Positions 37,101-47,925 of a stretch of 64,000 nt of DNA are shown here, one piece after another; positions within the stretch are counted from its first letter, which is position 1; every line of letters starts with the position of its first letter. A program made the position numbers and the translations under genes. The notes below the pieces were generated by a model, which saw nothing but the letters and a program-made list of their open reading frames with translations, made no database searches and was not told where the DNA came from. The DNA lies in contig MU008210.1 of NCBI GenBank assembly GCA_010909165.1, positions 248,001-312,000 of the forward strand. The letters are read 5' to 3'. The DNA comes from Anthoceros angustus (lineage: Eukaryota > Plantae > Anthocerotophyta).

Positions 37101-39851
37101 TAACACAAGAGAGATGAGGGTGCCGCAATGACCACAATGTGATAGCGGACGGGAGGAAGAAGAAGATGGCGTTCATTGAACAAGTTCGCTATGTGAAAGA
37201 CGAGCTGGAGATCTTGAAGAGCTGTGGCATCTCAAAGCCGTCTTTGACCGGAAGTGGATCTGCAGTTCTTTTGGGGCTTGTGGAGCATGCTAGTCTGCGC
37301 GAGTGTGAAGCAAAAAAAGGTTGACCATAAGACATTGAACTCCGCATTGCAAAGTGCAGTGGTCTGGTTTGGTCAAATGTGAATGAGATATTCACAAGAT
37401 GGGAGAAGTTGGAATTGCCGGAGCAAAAGCACCAAGCTGTGGCTGGGGTGTCTAAACGTGCGAAAGCCCTACGCAAACCTGGACAGCCGGAAGAGCAATC
37501 AGCAAGCGGTGCAGATGCAAGCGGGGACAAAAAAGACATATGTGGCAAGATGTTTAGGTGCTTCCAGGGAGTTCCAGATGGGGAAGTAGGGGAGAAAATG
37601 TTGTTGAGCGCAACGGAAAAAAGTCATCCAGGGGCACTTGGACTTGAAAGGCATGTATACTAGGTGCAACAGAAGAAGCATCTCCACGTAATTCAGACAG
37701 CCATGGCCAAGCACCTAAGTTGCGCAACGTTTGCGGAAGTACAGCAAAAGTATCTGAAGCACGCCAGAGATGATGATGTCGCGAAGTTTCAAAGCTGCTT
37801 TGAGATTGTGGTAAGTTATTGTTCATGCGTTTTGTGCTCCTGCGCGCTGTCGGTGCCCCGGCGATGCACCCTTTGGTTTTTTTGTGCCTTGAGCTTTGGT
37901 TGTGGAGTGCGCCGTTAGGCTGTCGCACTCTTTTGAGGGTGCGCCAGCCTATCGGCACACCCTCTATTTTGTTCTTTCAGTTTTGAGTAGAGTTTGCCGG
38001 TAGGCCGGCCTAGCGACGCACCATCCATTTTATTCTTCATTGTTTTTTTGGTTCTGTGGAGGGTACGCTAGTAGGCCGACGTACCCTCAAAAGAGTGTGC
38101 ACCGGCCTACCGGTGCCCTACCACTGTACCCTCCATTTTCTTTTTTATTTGTTTTTGGTTGTTCGCAGAGTGCGCCGGTAGGCCGGCGCACTGTGCTGTG
38201 GGTGTGCCGGCCTATTGGCGCACACTCCATTTTGTTCTTTCTTTTGCTTTGGATTTGAGCAGAGTGCGCCGACCTATCGGCGCACCCTCTATATATTTCT
38301 TTCTTTTGCTTTGATTTTGAGCAGAGGGCGCCGGCCTACCCTCTCTTTTTTTGCCGGTTTGGTTTTGACAAGAGTACAACGCACTCTGGTGTGGGTTTGC
38401 TGGACTATTGGCGCACCCTTCTTTTTTCTTTTGTCGTTTGCATTGGTTTGCGCCCATAGGCCAGCGCACCCATAGTAGAGTGCGCCAGCCAACTGGCACA
38501 CCCTCCATTTGTGTCGTGTGTTTCGCTTTGGTTTTAGGGTGCTCTTGTTTGCTTTTCTTACGCGTGGAGGTTAAACAATGGTTTCATGGCTGCCTCTATT
38601 CAGAAACCATCGGATGTGAATGTGTTGAAGAACCTTCCCAATATTTTCCAGGACTGGATCTTGGCTGCGAAAGCCTGGAAGAAGATGGAAGTGGAGGCTC
38701 GACAGTTGGCGGAAAGCTCAATAGACAATGAGCTGCAGGAGTTCATTGTCCCTGGTTCGGCGAAAAAAATGAGCTATCAGATTTTCAACAGGCCCATGGA
38801 GGAGTTGCTTGGTTTTGGGCGGAAGAGGAACTACACCCTTCTGATCATGGACCTGCCAAGGGGACATGGCTTGGGTTCAAATGATGCTCAGGTGTTATCT
38901 CCGGACGTTCTTTTGGCAATACTTAATCACTTCATGGAGATCACAACTGCAGAGACATTTCGGGTGGTCGTCCTTCATGGTGCAGATCAGATGGTGGATG
39001 TCCGCGAAGCAATGCGCCGGGGTTGCAAGTCCGGCAAGATGTTGACATTTGTCTGGGAGAAGACTAATGTTAGGGAAGACAATCAGGTGTACAACAACTC
39101 GGATTATATTCGTGGGTTCAGTTTGAAGCCGTGTTGAACTTTCAAGCTGCGCCTGTTGCCTTTGGCATCACATTGGGGTACCAAGGCATGGGTTCCGTGA
39201 TCAAGTGCGACGATTGTGAAGAAGCTGGTGTACTCGGCAATGGATAGGAGAGTGGTTTCTCCGTGCAGCGGAGTGATGTCCACACTCATCCAAACCTTCT
39301 CCATAGGAGGCGGGTTATTGACGGGTTTGCGGGAGTGGCTCGGCGGCTTTGGCTGCCTGGAATGGGAGAAATGTGATAGCGGTGGATTCGGACCACCGTT
39401 GTGCAATGTTCATCACCCAGCGCATAGTCGGCTATCATGCTTTCCCAAACGTCAATGAAGAACTAAATATGCTTCCGTTTAAGCGTGGGAAAGGATCCTT
39501 TTGGCCAAAGGAGATCTGTCTGGGGATGAACCTTATTCCTTGTGGGGTGTCATTGAACATGGTTTCTAAACGCCCGCCCTACCATAGTCTGCTAGTGTTG
39601 GAGGCGGTCAAATCACTCGAATAGGGCTTCGGATGTGCAAGGTGACAAGGATGGCGAGGAAGATGAAGTGAGGCTCCTCCGAGCTGTGGCACCAATGATC
39701 GACTTGGGTGCTGATTTGGACGACTTGGGAATGACAAGGTGGTCGTTCAAAACACAGGACCAAAACATGGAGGATGCTTCGATGCGGACGGGAGAACCCT
39801 TCTTTGTCTGTGGACATACCCATCAAGTATTGCGGGCTTTAGGGTTATCCT
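34185..39851 (+). CDS. Spliced, frameshifted gene: unknown N-terminal domain + ParB/Srx-like domain + beta-class N4-C/N6-A DNA methyltransferase
   Basis: Proposed exons: 34185-34388 (CACCATGG start, donor AAG/GTAAG), 34738-35626 (TGCAG acceptor; donor GAT/GTGAGT), 36115-37810 (CTAAC...CCAG acceptor, phase 0; donor GTG/GTAAGT) and ~38570-39851. ParB-like IIPLHCL...RRIDTSWSSFLEREI...PILVMVD, GVLGGNH (37009-37020) and NDHN (~37130). MTase LLIMDLPRG (38850), LTFVWEK, GVMSTLIQTFS, VIDGFAG (39314), GSAALAAWNGRNVIAVDSD. May be intact or a pseudogene. Confidence 0.8.
35627..36114. repeat. Intron filled with GGCGCAC/GTGCGCC repeats and hairpins
   Basis: For example GGCGCACCC-TACT-GGGTGCGCC at 35695-35716. 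Confidence 0.8.
37811..38569. repeat. Second intron with the same repeat family separated by T-rich linkers
   Basis: For example GTGCGCCGG-TAGG-CCGGCGCAC at 38170-38191. The 3' splice site is uncertain. Confidence 0.75.
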
Positions 39852-40021
39852 AGTTATAAATGAGCAGACCACATTGGTTACCTCTAACTAGGCCTAAGCT
39901 ATTAATGTAGTTACACAACCCTTCGTAATTGTTTAAATGCCCACCTATGATCCAGAAAATTAATTCATTGTTAATATAGCTTCTGTTTGATGCAAGACAC
40001 TTCCGCATGGCACCTCTAACT
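39852..40021 (+). mobile_element. Diverged copia-type 5' LTR, ~170 bp, AGTT...AACT
   Basis: Aligns to the 32877 LTR (GCCCACCT; TTTGAT..A.AC.CTTCCGCA..GCACCTC.AACT) and is directly followed by a PBS. Confidence 0.8.
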
Positions 40022-40033
40022 TGGTATCAGAGC
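40022..40033 (+). promoter_or_regulatory. Primer-binding site for initiator tRNA-Met (TGGTATCAGAGC)
   Basis: Exact canonical plant PBS-Met immediately after the LTR end. Confidence 0.92.
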
Positions 40034-41057
40034 AATGATCCGCCCCGGACTTGCTTGCTATCTCTTTCTTGCTGCTTCTAGTATAGGGAAATAGGAGATA
40101 GCATATCATATTAAATTTGTGATGTTCTTAAGAGTATTATGGACCCTTATGGTCTATGGTTTACGTCTTAGGAATATAAAGATGCAAATGATATGCATAA
40201 GTTCAAGTAAGCAAATTTACAAGATAAGGTTTTCTTCAATAGAGTATTCTCTTAGGTAGATTCAGATGCTAGTCTAATTAGAATTTCTAATCAACAAGAA
40301 ACGTATCTCTCTAGATCTAAAATTCTTCAAGAGCATGTTGAGGCACATTCCCCATCCACGTCCTGATCCGTTCCCTGGACGCTTAATCGTGGAGTTCCCT
40401 TAGAAACCGTGGAACTACCATGCTACTCTTGTAGCTTACATAAACATAGGCTACAAATACACAAGACGGAAAACAACTCTATTTTCGTGATTTCAGGGGT
40501 TGCTGAATATGGGTTTAAGAACCCACCTTTGGGACCTTTGCCCGTATCGCTTCTCCCAATTTGCGACCTTCGCCTTGCTAGATTTCAATCAATTCACAGC
40601 GAGCGGATGGCGTAAATTGACGCTCAAACATAGGATCCAGGCGAAGATTTGATGACCTATAATGCTCCAGAGGGTGTACGCATCCTTGCACCAATCAGCA
40701 GTCTTCTACCACTTTCTTTGGCAGGGCTCAAGCACCCAGAGAAATCCAGTTGCTTTTTAATCTGGCTATCAAGAATTTGTTGGCTCGCTTTCGGCATCAA
40801 GGCTGGTTGGCAGCCCATAGAGCAGCACAATCACCGGATGGCTCTCATTGCATTCCTTACCCTACTGCCCAACCTGTGTTTCCCACATGAGTGGCGCAAC
40901 CGATACTAGCTTGCTGATTTCTCTCTCGGCTTGTTCATTTGGAGGATCCAACCGCCCAATGGGATCTCCCTCCTTACTCAGATACAGAGGAGGACACCTT
41001 CTGGGATGCCCATCCAAGCCTCTGGTGGTTGGAGGACCTTCTTATACAGGAGCATCT

Positions 41058-42525
41058 AGTTTGAGGTGCTTTGCGGAAGCGTTTGATCAAAGTTTAGTGC
41101 TTTACTAATTGATACAATGATTACAAGAGGTGGGCTTTTATAGCCTGTATGAAGAGTTGTACCTCTTGATTACAAGATACCAAAGGGTATGACCACTGGG
41201 TTAAGCTAAGCTAACCATAACCAACGCGTGCACTTCTAACTCTCCTCTCACTAGTTGGGTTATCTAATCAAAGAACTAATAGTCATTTGCTGGAGTATTG
41301 TATAAGTACTACGGTCTTCAACTAAACTCAACTCACCGATCGTCACGGTCACAAGTAAGATTGAAGCAAGCGGTCTACAATAGCTGTCAACTTCAAGTAA
41401 TCGAACGCTCGAGATAAGATCGCCTCACCAAATGTGTGGTGGTCCAGCTCTGATCAACCAATCCAAGCCCTTCTCTGTGGAAGCAGTGTTTGAACTTCGG
41501 CAAGGTTTTTGTCAGTATATCTGCTATATTTTCGTCTGTGGGTACATACTGTACCTTAATAATTCCTCAGCAGCGTCACGAATATAATGGTGTTGAATCT
41601 CAATATGCTTTTGCGGAAGCGTTTGATCAAAGTTTAGTGCTTTACTAATTGATACAATGATTACAAGAGGTGGGCTTTTATAGCCTGTATGAAGAGTTGT
41701 ACCTCTTGATACAAGATACCAAAGGGTATGACCACTGGGTTAAGCTAAGCTAACCATAACCAACGCATGCACTTCTAACTCTCCTCTCACTAGTTGGGTT
41801 ATCTAATCAAAGAACTAATAGTCATTTGCTGGAGTATTGTATAAGTACTACGGTCTTCAATTAAACTCAACTCACCGATCGTCACGGTCACAAGTAAGAT
41901 TGAAGCAAGCGGTCTACAATAGTCAACTTCAAGTAATCGAACGCTCGAGATAAGATCGCCTCACCAAATGTGTGGTGGTCCAATGCAAAAGCTCTGATCA
42001 ACCAATCCAAGCCCTTCTCTGTGGGCAGTGTTTGAACTTCGGCAAGGTTTTTGTCAAGATATCGCTATATTGTTGCGCATACTTTACCTTAATAATTCCT
42101 CAGCGTCACGAATATAATGGTGTTGAATCTCAATATGCTTCGATGCGCGCATGAAAGACCGAATTAGCGACAAGAGCAATGGCGACATATTGTCACAATT
42201 AAGCACTATTGGTCCTTCCTGCTTCATATCCAAATCTTCACATAGCTTTCTTTCCCATTCAGCCTCTTCGTGGCTTGAGTGCTTTGTACTCCGATTACAT
42301 TGATGAAAGTGCAGCTTGTTTTGTACAAGACCAATTAACAAGAGTGGAGCCAGCAAGAAAGCAATATGCTGAGATACTTTTTCGGGTGTCAGCGTCTGAA
42401 GCCCAATCTACATTGACAAAGCATGTCAGTAGCAGATGCTTCTTTGCGCTAGGCTTGTAGCAGAGGCCATACTTTGGAGTACCCTTGAGGTACCGCATGA
42501 TGCACTTGAGAGAAACCCAGTGATC
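41058..42525 (-). mobile_element. Inverted copy of the 30-33 kb copia 3' end (RNase H, PPT, LTR 41058-41241; duplicated partial LTR ~41611-41780)
   Basis: ORF 42295..42675 reads DHWVSLKCIMRYLKGTPKYGLCYKPS...DWASDADTRKSISAY. The LTR is the reverse complement of 32877-33067. Confidence 0.9.
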
Positions 42526-42810
42526 CCCTACTAGAAAAGGGCAGCCTATGTTACACTTTATGTTAAGATTTGGACCCTTGGATATAATCATGTTGCAATT
42601 TTGGGGCCATGTAACACTTTTGGGGCTTGTTACACTTTGGCTTGGAAACCAGACCACGGCTGTTGTTGCAATCATGTTGCAATTATGTTAAGATGAAGTG
42701 AGAGGTGCTTTTGCACTATCTCAAGATTGCAACATGATTGCAACATCTAAAGTGTTACAAGAGAGGTCTCGTAACACTTTTGTAGGCTTGGTACCGAACC
42801 TCCTCCCCAT
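42526..42810 (+). mobile_element. CACTA/EnSpm-like terminus (CCCTACTAGAAAA) with subterminal repeats
   Basis: One mismatch to the CACTACTAGAAAA-type TIR, located where the copia homology stops. It is followed by repeated TGTTACAC and ATCATGTTGCAAT units and a perfect 20 bp inverted repeat (42664-42683 / 42726-42745). No partner TIR was found. Confidence 0.55.
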
Positions 42811-43859
42811 CCACCATTGCACTTTTACTTTTGCCCTATGGAATACCACGTTTTACTTGGTAGTTACCATTGGTACGCAATACGACCACATATAAATACT
42901 TGTATCAATACATCCTTCATACTATATGCATATAATCTACGGTGATAAATGTACTATATTATTTTAAGTGCTATACTGCCGTATTCAATTTCGTATAAAA
43001 GAAGTTTGTATATCACGCGTGTTACGTACGTACACTGGTCTGTACATATTCATGATACGATACTTTGTATTTACTATTTGTGTAAATATCGATGGCCCTT
43101 TATACCCCTACTTTGTAGCATACCGGCATGCGGTTTGTCCTTCCCACGTCACCAATAGCCATCGGCTTCCTGCCGTGGCACCCACGAAGATACTGTCCCC
43201 ACCTATCACCTTATTGTGACGCATCACTGTGAGGTTATGGCCCTACAAGATTGTGCTATGCGGAGGCGATTTGGTATGCGCCGGCTTATGCTTTTCTGCC
43301 TCCATCTAAGGCACTTCCTACTCGTCATCGTATGCACATATAGGAAACTTCCGCCCTCCCGTTCGATTCGCAATTTTCTTCTTCCCCTCCCGCTTGCGTT
43401 CGGCCGAGGCAAGCTTTGCCATTTCCATCGCTTCCCTCCCTGCCTTCTGCAGGCACACTTTGCACATACAAACCAGCTTGCCCATCATGAGTTATCCAGC
43501 GTTAATGGGTTTCGACAGCAAGCTGTCCATTTGCCTTACCTTGCTTGCAATCCCTCCTTTTTTCTTCTGCCCTTCTTGCTGGACATTTTCCTCTTCTGTC
43601 CTCGTTCTTCCGGTTGTCGCAGCCCGTGCCCTTGTCACTCGCCCACCGCCGGCTGCCTCCTCTTCTCCTCCTCCCGTTTTCCTCTTTCGGCCTCCACCCT
43701 TTATCACATGTGGCGTTGCCTCAACTGGGGCTCCACTGTGCAGGTCCATGCTCTCAGCATCCGAGACTGCAAGGTATGTGTCTAGCACGAAATTAGGCAC
43801 ATCGTCCACTTCAGCACCCGCCTCCTCTGCTGCGTCCGTCCATGTTCTCTGCAGCGTTC

Positions 43860-45320
43860 CCCCCACATCCTGTCCCCCCCTGGCCTCCATCTGTGCACTG
43901 GCCTTTGCCGATATCAAATGCACCTGCATGATGCCCTCTTAGTCCTCCATCATTCTCTCTCCCCCTCGACAACTGCCTCATGTTTATTACGCCTTTTGCC
44001 CGACCATGGGCACCTTGGGCAGCAAGCTTTGCCATTTCCATCGCTTCCTCCCCGCCTCCGCCACCCGCTCCTCCCAATCCCCCGTGATTTTTGGCTGTCC
44101 ATAGTGCACACAAGTGTGTTACTTCACGTGACGGCAGTCGCCCTCGTGCTCCGACCCGACTCTGCTGCACACACCATCTTCCGCCTCCATCGGCTTCCGC
44201 CTCCATCGATCCTAGTGGCCTCCACTCTCCGCATACAAAGGGTGACCCTACATAGGTAATACATGTATGTTAAGGTAGTACATAGGGTGATAAGGGTGAC
44301 CCTATATAGGTAGGACAGGGTCCCTGCATGTATGTAGGTGGGTAGGACGGTGTGTGTCCCCCATCCTGTCCCCCGGCCTCCATCTGCACCGGCCTTTGCC
44401 GATATCAACTGCTCTGCATGATGCCTCTTAGTCCTCCATCATTCTCTCTCCCCTCGACAAGCTGCCTCATGTTTATTACGCCTTTTGCCCCTCGCCCACC
44501 ATGGCCTGGCTGATCCACTGTTGTCCGTCCTTCGCCACCCGCTCCTCCCAATCCCCCTGTGATTTTTTGGCTGTCCATAGTGCACACAAGTGTGTTACTT
44601 CCTGGTGACGGTATAGTCACCCCTCTCCGTGCTCCAACACCCGACTCTTGCCCTGCACACACCTTCTTCCTGCCCTCCATCGGCGTCGTCACTCCATCTG
44701 AACCCAGCGGCCTCCACTCTCCGCATACAAAGGGTGACCCTACATAGGTAATACATGTATGTTAAGGTAGTACGTAGGGTGATAAGGGTGACCCTATATA
44801 GGTAGGACAGGGTCCCTGCATGTATGTAGGTGGGTAGGACGGTGTGTGTCCCCCATCCTGTCCCCCGGCCTCCATCTGCACCGGCCTTTGCCGATATCAA
44901 CTGCTCTGCATGATGCCTCTTAGTCCTCCATCATTCTCTCTCCCCTCGACAAGCTGCCTCATGTTTATTACGCCTTTTGCCCCTCGCCCACCATGGCCTG
45001 GCTGATCCTTGTTGTCCGCCTCCGCCACCCGCTCCTCCCAATCCCCTGTGATTTTTGGCTGTCCATAGTGCACACAAGTGTGTTACTTCACGTGACGGAT
45101 AGTCGCCTCTCCGTGCTCCAAACCCGACTCTGCTGCACACACCTTCTTCCCGCCTCCATCGGCCGCCACTCCATCTCGATCCTAGTGGCCTCCACTCTCC
45201 GCATACAAAGGGTGACCCTACATAGGTAATACATGTATGTTAAGGTAGTACATAGGGTGATAAGGGTGACCCTATATAGGTAGGACAGGGTCCCTGCATG
45301 TATGTAGGTGGGTAGGATGA
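43860..45320. repeat. Three tandem ~490 bp chimeric units (unknown GC-rich segment + gypsy-A 3' internal repeat)
   Basis: TCCTCCATCATTCTCTCTC recurs at ~43945, ~44433 and ~44925; each unit ends with GGGTGACCCTACATAGGTAATACATG...GGTCCCTGCATGTATG. Confidence 0.85.
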
Positions 45321-45490
45321 GAGTGTCTCCCTACCCATGTAGGGTGTTAACAAGTAGGGGAGAGATGTAGGTAGTATGTAGGGCAGCCCTGGTCACCCCA
45401 CATGGGTAGCATGTGGGGCAGCAAGGGCTCCCTACATTTAGGGTAGTTAGGTAGGTAGATGGGTAGGATGAGTGTCTCTCTCCCTACCGT

Positions 45491-45674
45491 AGGGAGTGGT
45501 GAGGTCTCCCTACCATAGGGAGTGGTGAGGTCTCCCACCGAGGGAGTGGTGAGGTCTCCCCTCGAGTGGTGAGGTCTCCCACCGAGGGAGTGGTGAGGTC
45601 TCCCCTCGAGGGAGTGGTGAGGTCTCCCTACCGTAGGGAGTGGTGAGGTCTCCCTACCATAGGGAGTGGTGAGG
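45491..45674. repeat. Array of GGGAGTGGTGAGGTCTCCC (~8 copies) with 3-7 nt linkers
   Basis: Directly visible; unit ends GGGAG/CTCCC are complementary. Confidence 0.9.
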
Positions 45675-46049
45675 TGGGGTGCGACACCCTTCATGGGCAC
45701 CTTGGGCAGCAAGCTTTCCAGATTAGGCAGAGGACGGTGGAAATGGTGCCATGGCAAGGAATGAACGGCCTACATCAAGTAGTTTCAATGTCACTACCAA
45801 GGGGCCATGTGAGCTTGGTGTGTAGGGAGTGGCACCTAGGCAAGCTTGTGAGGAATCGCGAGGAAGAGCTTGTGCATGCAAGGGGGCCAAGCTGCAAGGA
45901 CGAGGTTGGTTCCGGAGGAAGCCAGGTATGGATGTCATGAAGGGTTTTTGAAGGACAAGGAAATCCCAAGCTTATGAAGCACATGGTGGTAGTTTGGAGT
46001 GTGAGCTTGTTGCTGGAAATATTGGGCGTGGGACTGTGTGTGTGAGGCT

Positions 46050-47925
46050 TGCAGTAATTGTGGAGGGGTGGAGTGCAAACCACGGGAAGAGCATGGGTCT
46101 CTTCTCCACCAAGCTTTAGATTTCATGATGTTGAGTGTGTGGCTCAGAGGAGCCAGCTGTGGAATTATGCGGGAGCGCCGTTGTGGAGTCAATGCTGAGG
46201 CAAGTGGAGGATTTATGGTAGATTGGTTAGGATTTGGAGTGAGAACTCTTAGGATTTTGGCGCGCAGCTCAGGCTGTTACTTATTGTTAAAATAGGGAGA
46301 TTGGAGAGTTTTCTAGGCTGATTGTCATGATGACTGAAAGCGAGTGGGGTAGTGGTTTTAATGCTGGCTTTAGGCGGCTATTAGTTTATAGTGGTTGAGG
46401 AAGAACGTAGTGGAAAAGTAAGGGGGAGGTGTGGCCAAGGGGAGGCCTTATGTATGAGCCCTATATAAGGGGCAGGTTTTGAGAAGAAAAATATCGCGTC
46501 TTGCGCTCCCAAACTCGCGAGTCCTTTGCTCCTTGTGAAGGAATTTCGTGCCGGCTGCAAGCTAACGCAGTGTCTGGTAGAGAGGGAGTTTGCGGTGGTC
46601 GGAGTGCTTGGCGGAGGGCTCGCTCCTTGCGGGCGCCTCTGCAGGTTGCTCCCCTTGTGAATGGTTGCTGTGAAATTGCTTTGCTTTGGGTGTGTGGCGA
46701 TGCCCAAGGAACTCTCGGCTTGAGGGTAGACTACAGGGAAAGACTCCCTGGAGGTTCTCGCTGTCTGGTGCAAACTCATAGCAACCTGCCCAAGGAAGAA
46801 CTTGCTAGCTTGTAGGCAGACCCCAGGCAGTTGTGCCGTAAGGGCGAGCTAGGGCCAGTGAGCTTGAAGTAAGGTTAGATTAGGAGGATGAGGAGTTGAG
46901 TTGAGGTGAGTGTTGAGGAGAATGTGGAGCTGAATGTTGAGTAGAGGAGTAGGTAGAGATTAGGAGTAAGAAGAAGGCCCAAGTCAGAGCCTAAGGGAGG
47001 GGTCCCAAATCTGCACCAAACCGAGACTGGAAGCTGGGCTAAGGTCTCAAAATCACGGGGTGGAGAAGTCGCTGCCGTAGGGGGTCCCTATGTGCGTAGG
47101 CGATGGACCTACCGCCGTCGGGTGGGACCTACGTAGGATGTCGTTGTAGGTCCAGGACCGGAGATCTGACGGAGAAAAGTGCGGAGGTGTCGTGGCTGCT
47201 AGTGTGGAGTTTTGTGGGCGCGGGTTGTAGTTGGGCGCCATGGCACGGAAGTTGGAGGCCTTGAACTAGGGCGAGGTAACCTATCTTTGCGCCGCAGTGC
47301 GACCCTACCGGTGGTAGGATGCGCCCCTGCGTGCGTTGGGATAGGGTGTCTCCTCCCCACGTAGGAATGAGGGTGTGCTGGCCCACAGTGCACTAGATCT
47401 CCTACAACTCTCCTACAAGTGGTAGGAGGGGTAGGCCCTACAATTGTTTGTTGTTGGTTGTAGGTCCTGAGGCGATTCGACGGAGCAGCGCGGAGGCGGC
47501 GCGGCTGCTGCCAGAGTTGGTGGTTGAGGATGTGCCAATTGTGGGAAGGCAATGGGAAAGGAATAGTGGAAGATCACGGGGTGGTGAAGTCACGTTGCAA
47601 CGTAGGGGGTCCCTATGTGTGTAGCCTGTTGACCTACTGCCGTGGGGTGTGGACCTATAGTCATAGGGTGTCGTTGTAGGTCTGGAAGCGGTGATAAACA
47701 GAGCAGCACGGTGAGGCGTGGTTGCTGTCTGTGGAGTGAGTTGAGGTTGCTCCAGTTGTATGAGGGAGCTTGGGGGTGTGAAGAGGTGTGTGGTTTGTGC
47801 CTTGGATGCTGGTGACCTGACAAACAAGAGTCTCATGGGACAAAACCTATTGTACTTAGCGACAGTGGGATAAGTGTGGCCACTAGAGGGTGAATCTCGA
47901 AAGCCCCCGGGGTTTTCCTCCCACA
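46050..47925 (+). mobile_element. Gypsy family A LTR, ~1.8 kb (5' boundary approximate)
   Basis: TATA (CTATATAAG at ~46460), terminus ...CCTCCCACA at 47925; colinear in reverse with 57463-59130. Confidence 0.8.

Noticed and set aside
34185-39851. Bacterial contamination as the source of the ParB-MTase
   Set aside because: Spliceosomal GT-AG introns with a branch point and polypyrimidine tracts, and direct junctions to plant LTRs.
34185-39851. DIRS-type retrotransposon methyltransferase
   Set aside because: No adjacent RT or tyrosine recombinase in frame or context; the gene has introns and a ParB-like fusion.
40022-40033. tRNA gene
   Set aside because: Only the 12-17 nt PBS complements (also 55287 and 57443) are present; there is no cloverleaf.
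45491-45674. Repeat-spacer-like array
   Set aside because: Linkers are only 3-7 nt and recurrent, not unique 25-45 nt spacers.
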